From Botryllus schlosseri (lineage: Eukaryota): DNA of 64,000 bases. The stretch is taken from NCBI GenBank assembly GCA_051294905.1, contig CM119382.1, forward strand, positions 18,290,001 through 18,354,000, written 5' to 3'. The notes beneath the pieces were generated by a model, which was not told the origin of the DNA, made no database searches, and was given only the letters and a program-made list of their open reading frames with translations. Within the stretch, counting starts at the first letter, position 1. The number at the start of each line of letters is the position of its first letter. This document shows positions 62,664-64,000 of the stretch, piece by piece. The position numbers were made by a program, and so were the translations under genes.

Positions 62664-64000
62664 TTGTAGAGTAACTGAGTGTTCTATAGAAATGGAACCA
62701 AGTTGGAGAATTTGCAAAACAAATTTGGACAAATTATAGTTCGCATCGCCAAACAATTTTCCTAACCTACACATTCTTAGCAACAGTCCATGACTAAGAC
62801 CGATTGGTTTACGAAAGATCGTAAACGTATTTTATTTAATGAATTTCGAAAGTGAAATTAGGACAAATCAGAACTCGTTCTTGATTATTGTGAATCAATG
62901 ATTTGCTGTTCAGGCATGTTCCGTAATATATATTTACTGTGAGAGTGTTTGCGCTGTCGACCACTATACCGGAGGAAATATGAGATTGGGCTAAGGCGAA
63001 GCTTTATAGATACAGCCTACCTAAAAAAAAATTACTTTCACTAATTAGACATTCAGATTCCAGCCAGAATGCGGCAATTTGGTTCATATCCACGATATAT
63101 AATCTAGCCTAAGTAGTTTCCCATGCATAACACAGGCCTACGCTTACGATGACTGATCAGTTTTAGCCTATCGTATATGATCGTTTTTGTCATGATAAAT
63201 CAATATTTCCCGAATAATTGGGTATGTCGAAATAAACATCTTCCATCTAAATTTACATGCGTCGGAGTTTACAGAATGACGATATCCCGTCAGATTAGAT
63301 ATTATTACTTCTACTCTGCTTTGAAGAATTATTTTGTGTGGCAGACTTTAATAGTACGTACAATCATGCTCCTGCAGTAGGCCTATACTTCAACGCGGTA
63401 GAATCATTCGGTCATTCCTCATCGAGTGACGTATAATTGGCAGAGAACACCCTGACACTAATGAAGGCAGGTCCTGCATCTGTCAATATTCCATATGACG
63501 GAGTCGTAGGTTTATGTGGTCGGCAAGTGCAGTGTCTTGAAAATAGATTAGTACCAACTAGGCCTATGCCACTCTAGTTAGTTGATGCTCAACTAAATTG
63601 GTTTTAGAGAAGTTCGAGTTCGAGTTGCGCATTTAAAAAAATTGTTACCGAACAACTAGAAAACTCATATCGTAGTTTGGCGAGAATCGTGTCGCCGGTA
63701 TTCTGTTGTGCTCTTGCGTCATCACTACTAACAGTAGCGCAGCCAGGGGTGGGTTTCATGGGTCGAAATCCCTGCCATTTAGAACTTTGTGCTGATGTTT
63801 ATATAAAAATACGATCCGATTCCGATATGAGTTGCTTCTGAATTGAATTTAGTTAGTTGTGTTTTAATGGGTTAGATGCGGATTTTTAAGGGTCGTCAGT
63901 TCAAGTTCTAGCTCTAATTGCGTATTTTGAAAATCCAATAGTTTGTAAAAGTCTACTTGAAAAGACCAGAACTAAAAATGGAGAGCGATCTGATAAACGA

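Overview
Eukaryotic (metazoan) genomic DNA. It is AT-rich with no obvious CpG depletion; a marine invertebrate source is my inference. The only gene I can identify is a PRSS23/PRSS35-family secreted serine protease on the - strand. Its coding exons are 13278-12700 and 1162-452 (429 aa), joined by an 11.5-kb phase-0 GT-AG intron, and the His/Asp/Ser triad is intact. I recognise no intact gene in the ~50 kb upstream (13.3-64 kb). The intron and upstream region hold many non-autonomous DNA transposons: about ten hAT-type TIR families (most with matching 8-bp TSDs, two nested insertions) and one Mutator/Foldback-like element with a perfect 9-bp TSD. There are also decayed coding fragments of a hAT transposase, an R4/Dong-type non-LTR retrotransposon and a Penelope-like element. 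The Penelope ORF runs directly into a minimal hammerhead-ribozyme motif. Nearly all other ORFs in the supplied track look like chance or repeat-derived frames. I found no convincing evidence of a wholly new biological system. The best leads are the Penelope-linked hammerhead with its inverted satellite copy, the PRSS23/35 mosaic features of the protease, and repeated carriage of perfect CRE palindromes (TGACGTCA) by unrelated MITEs.
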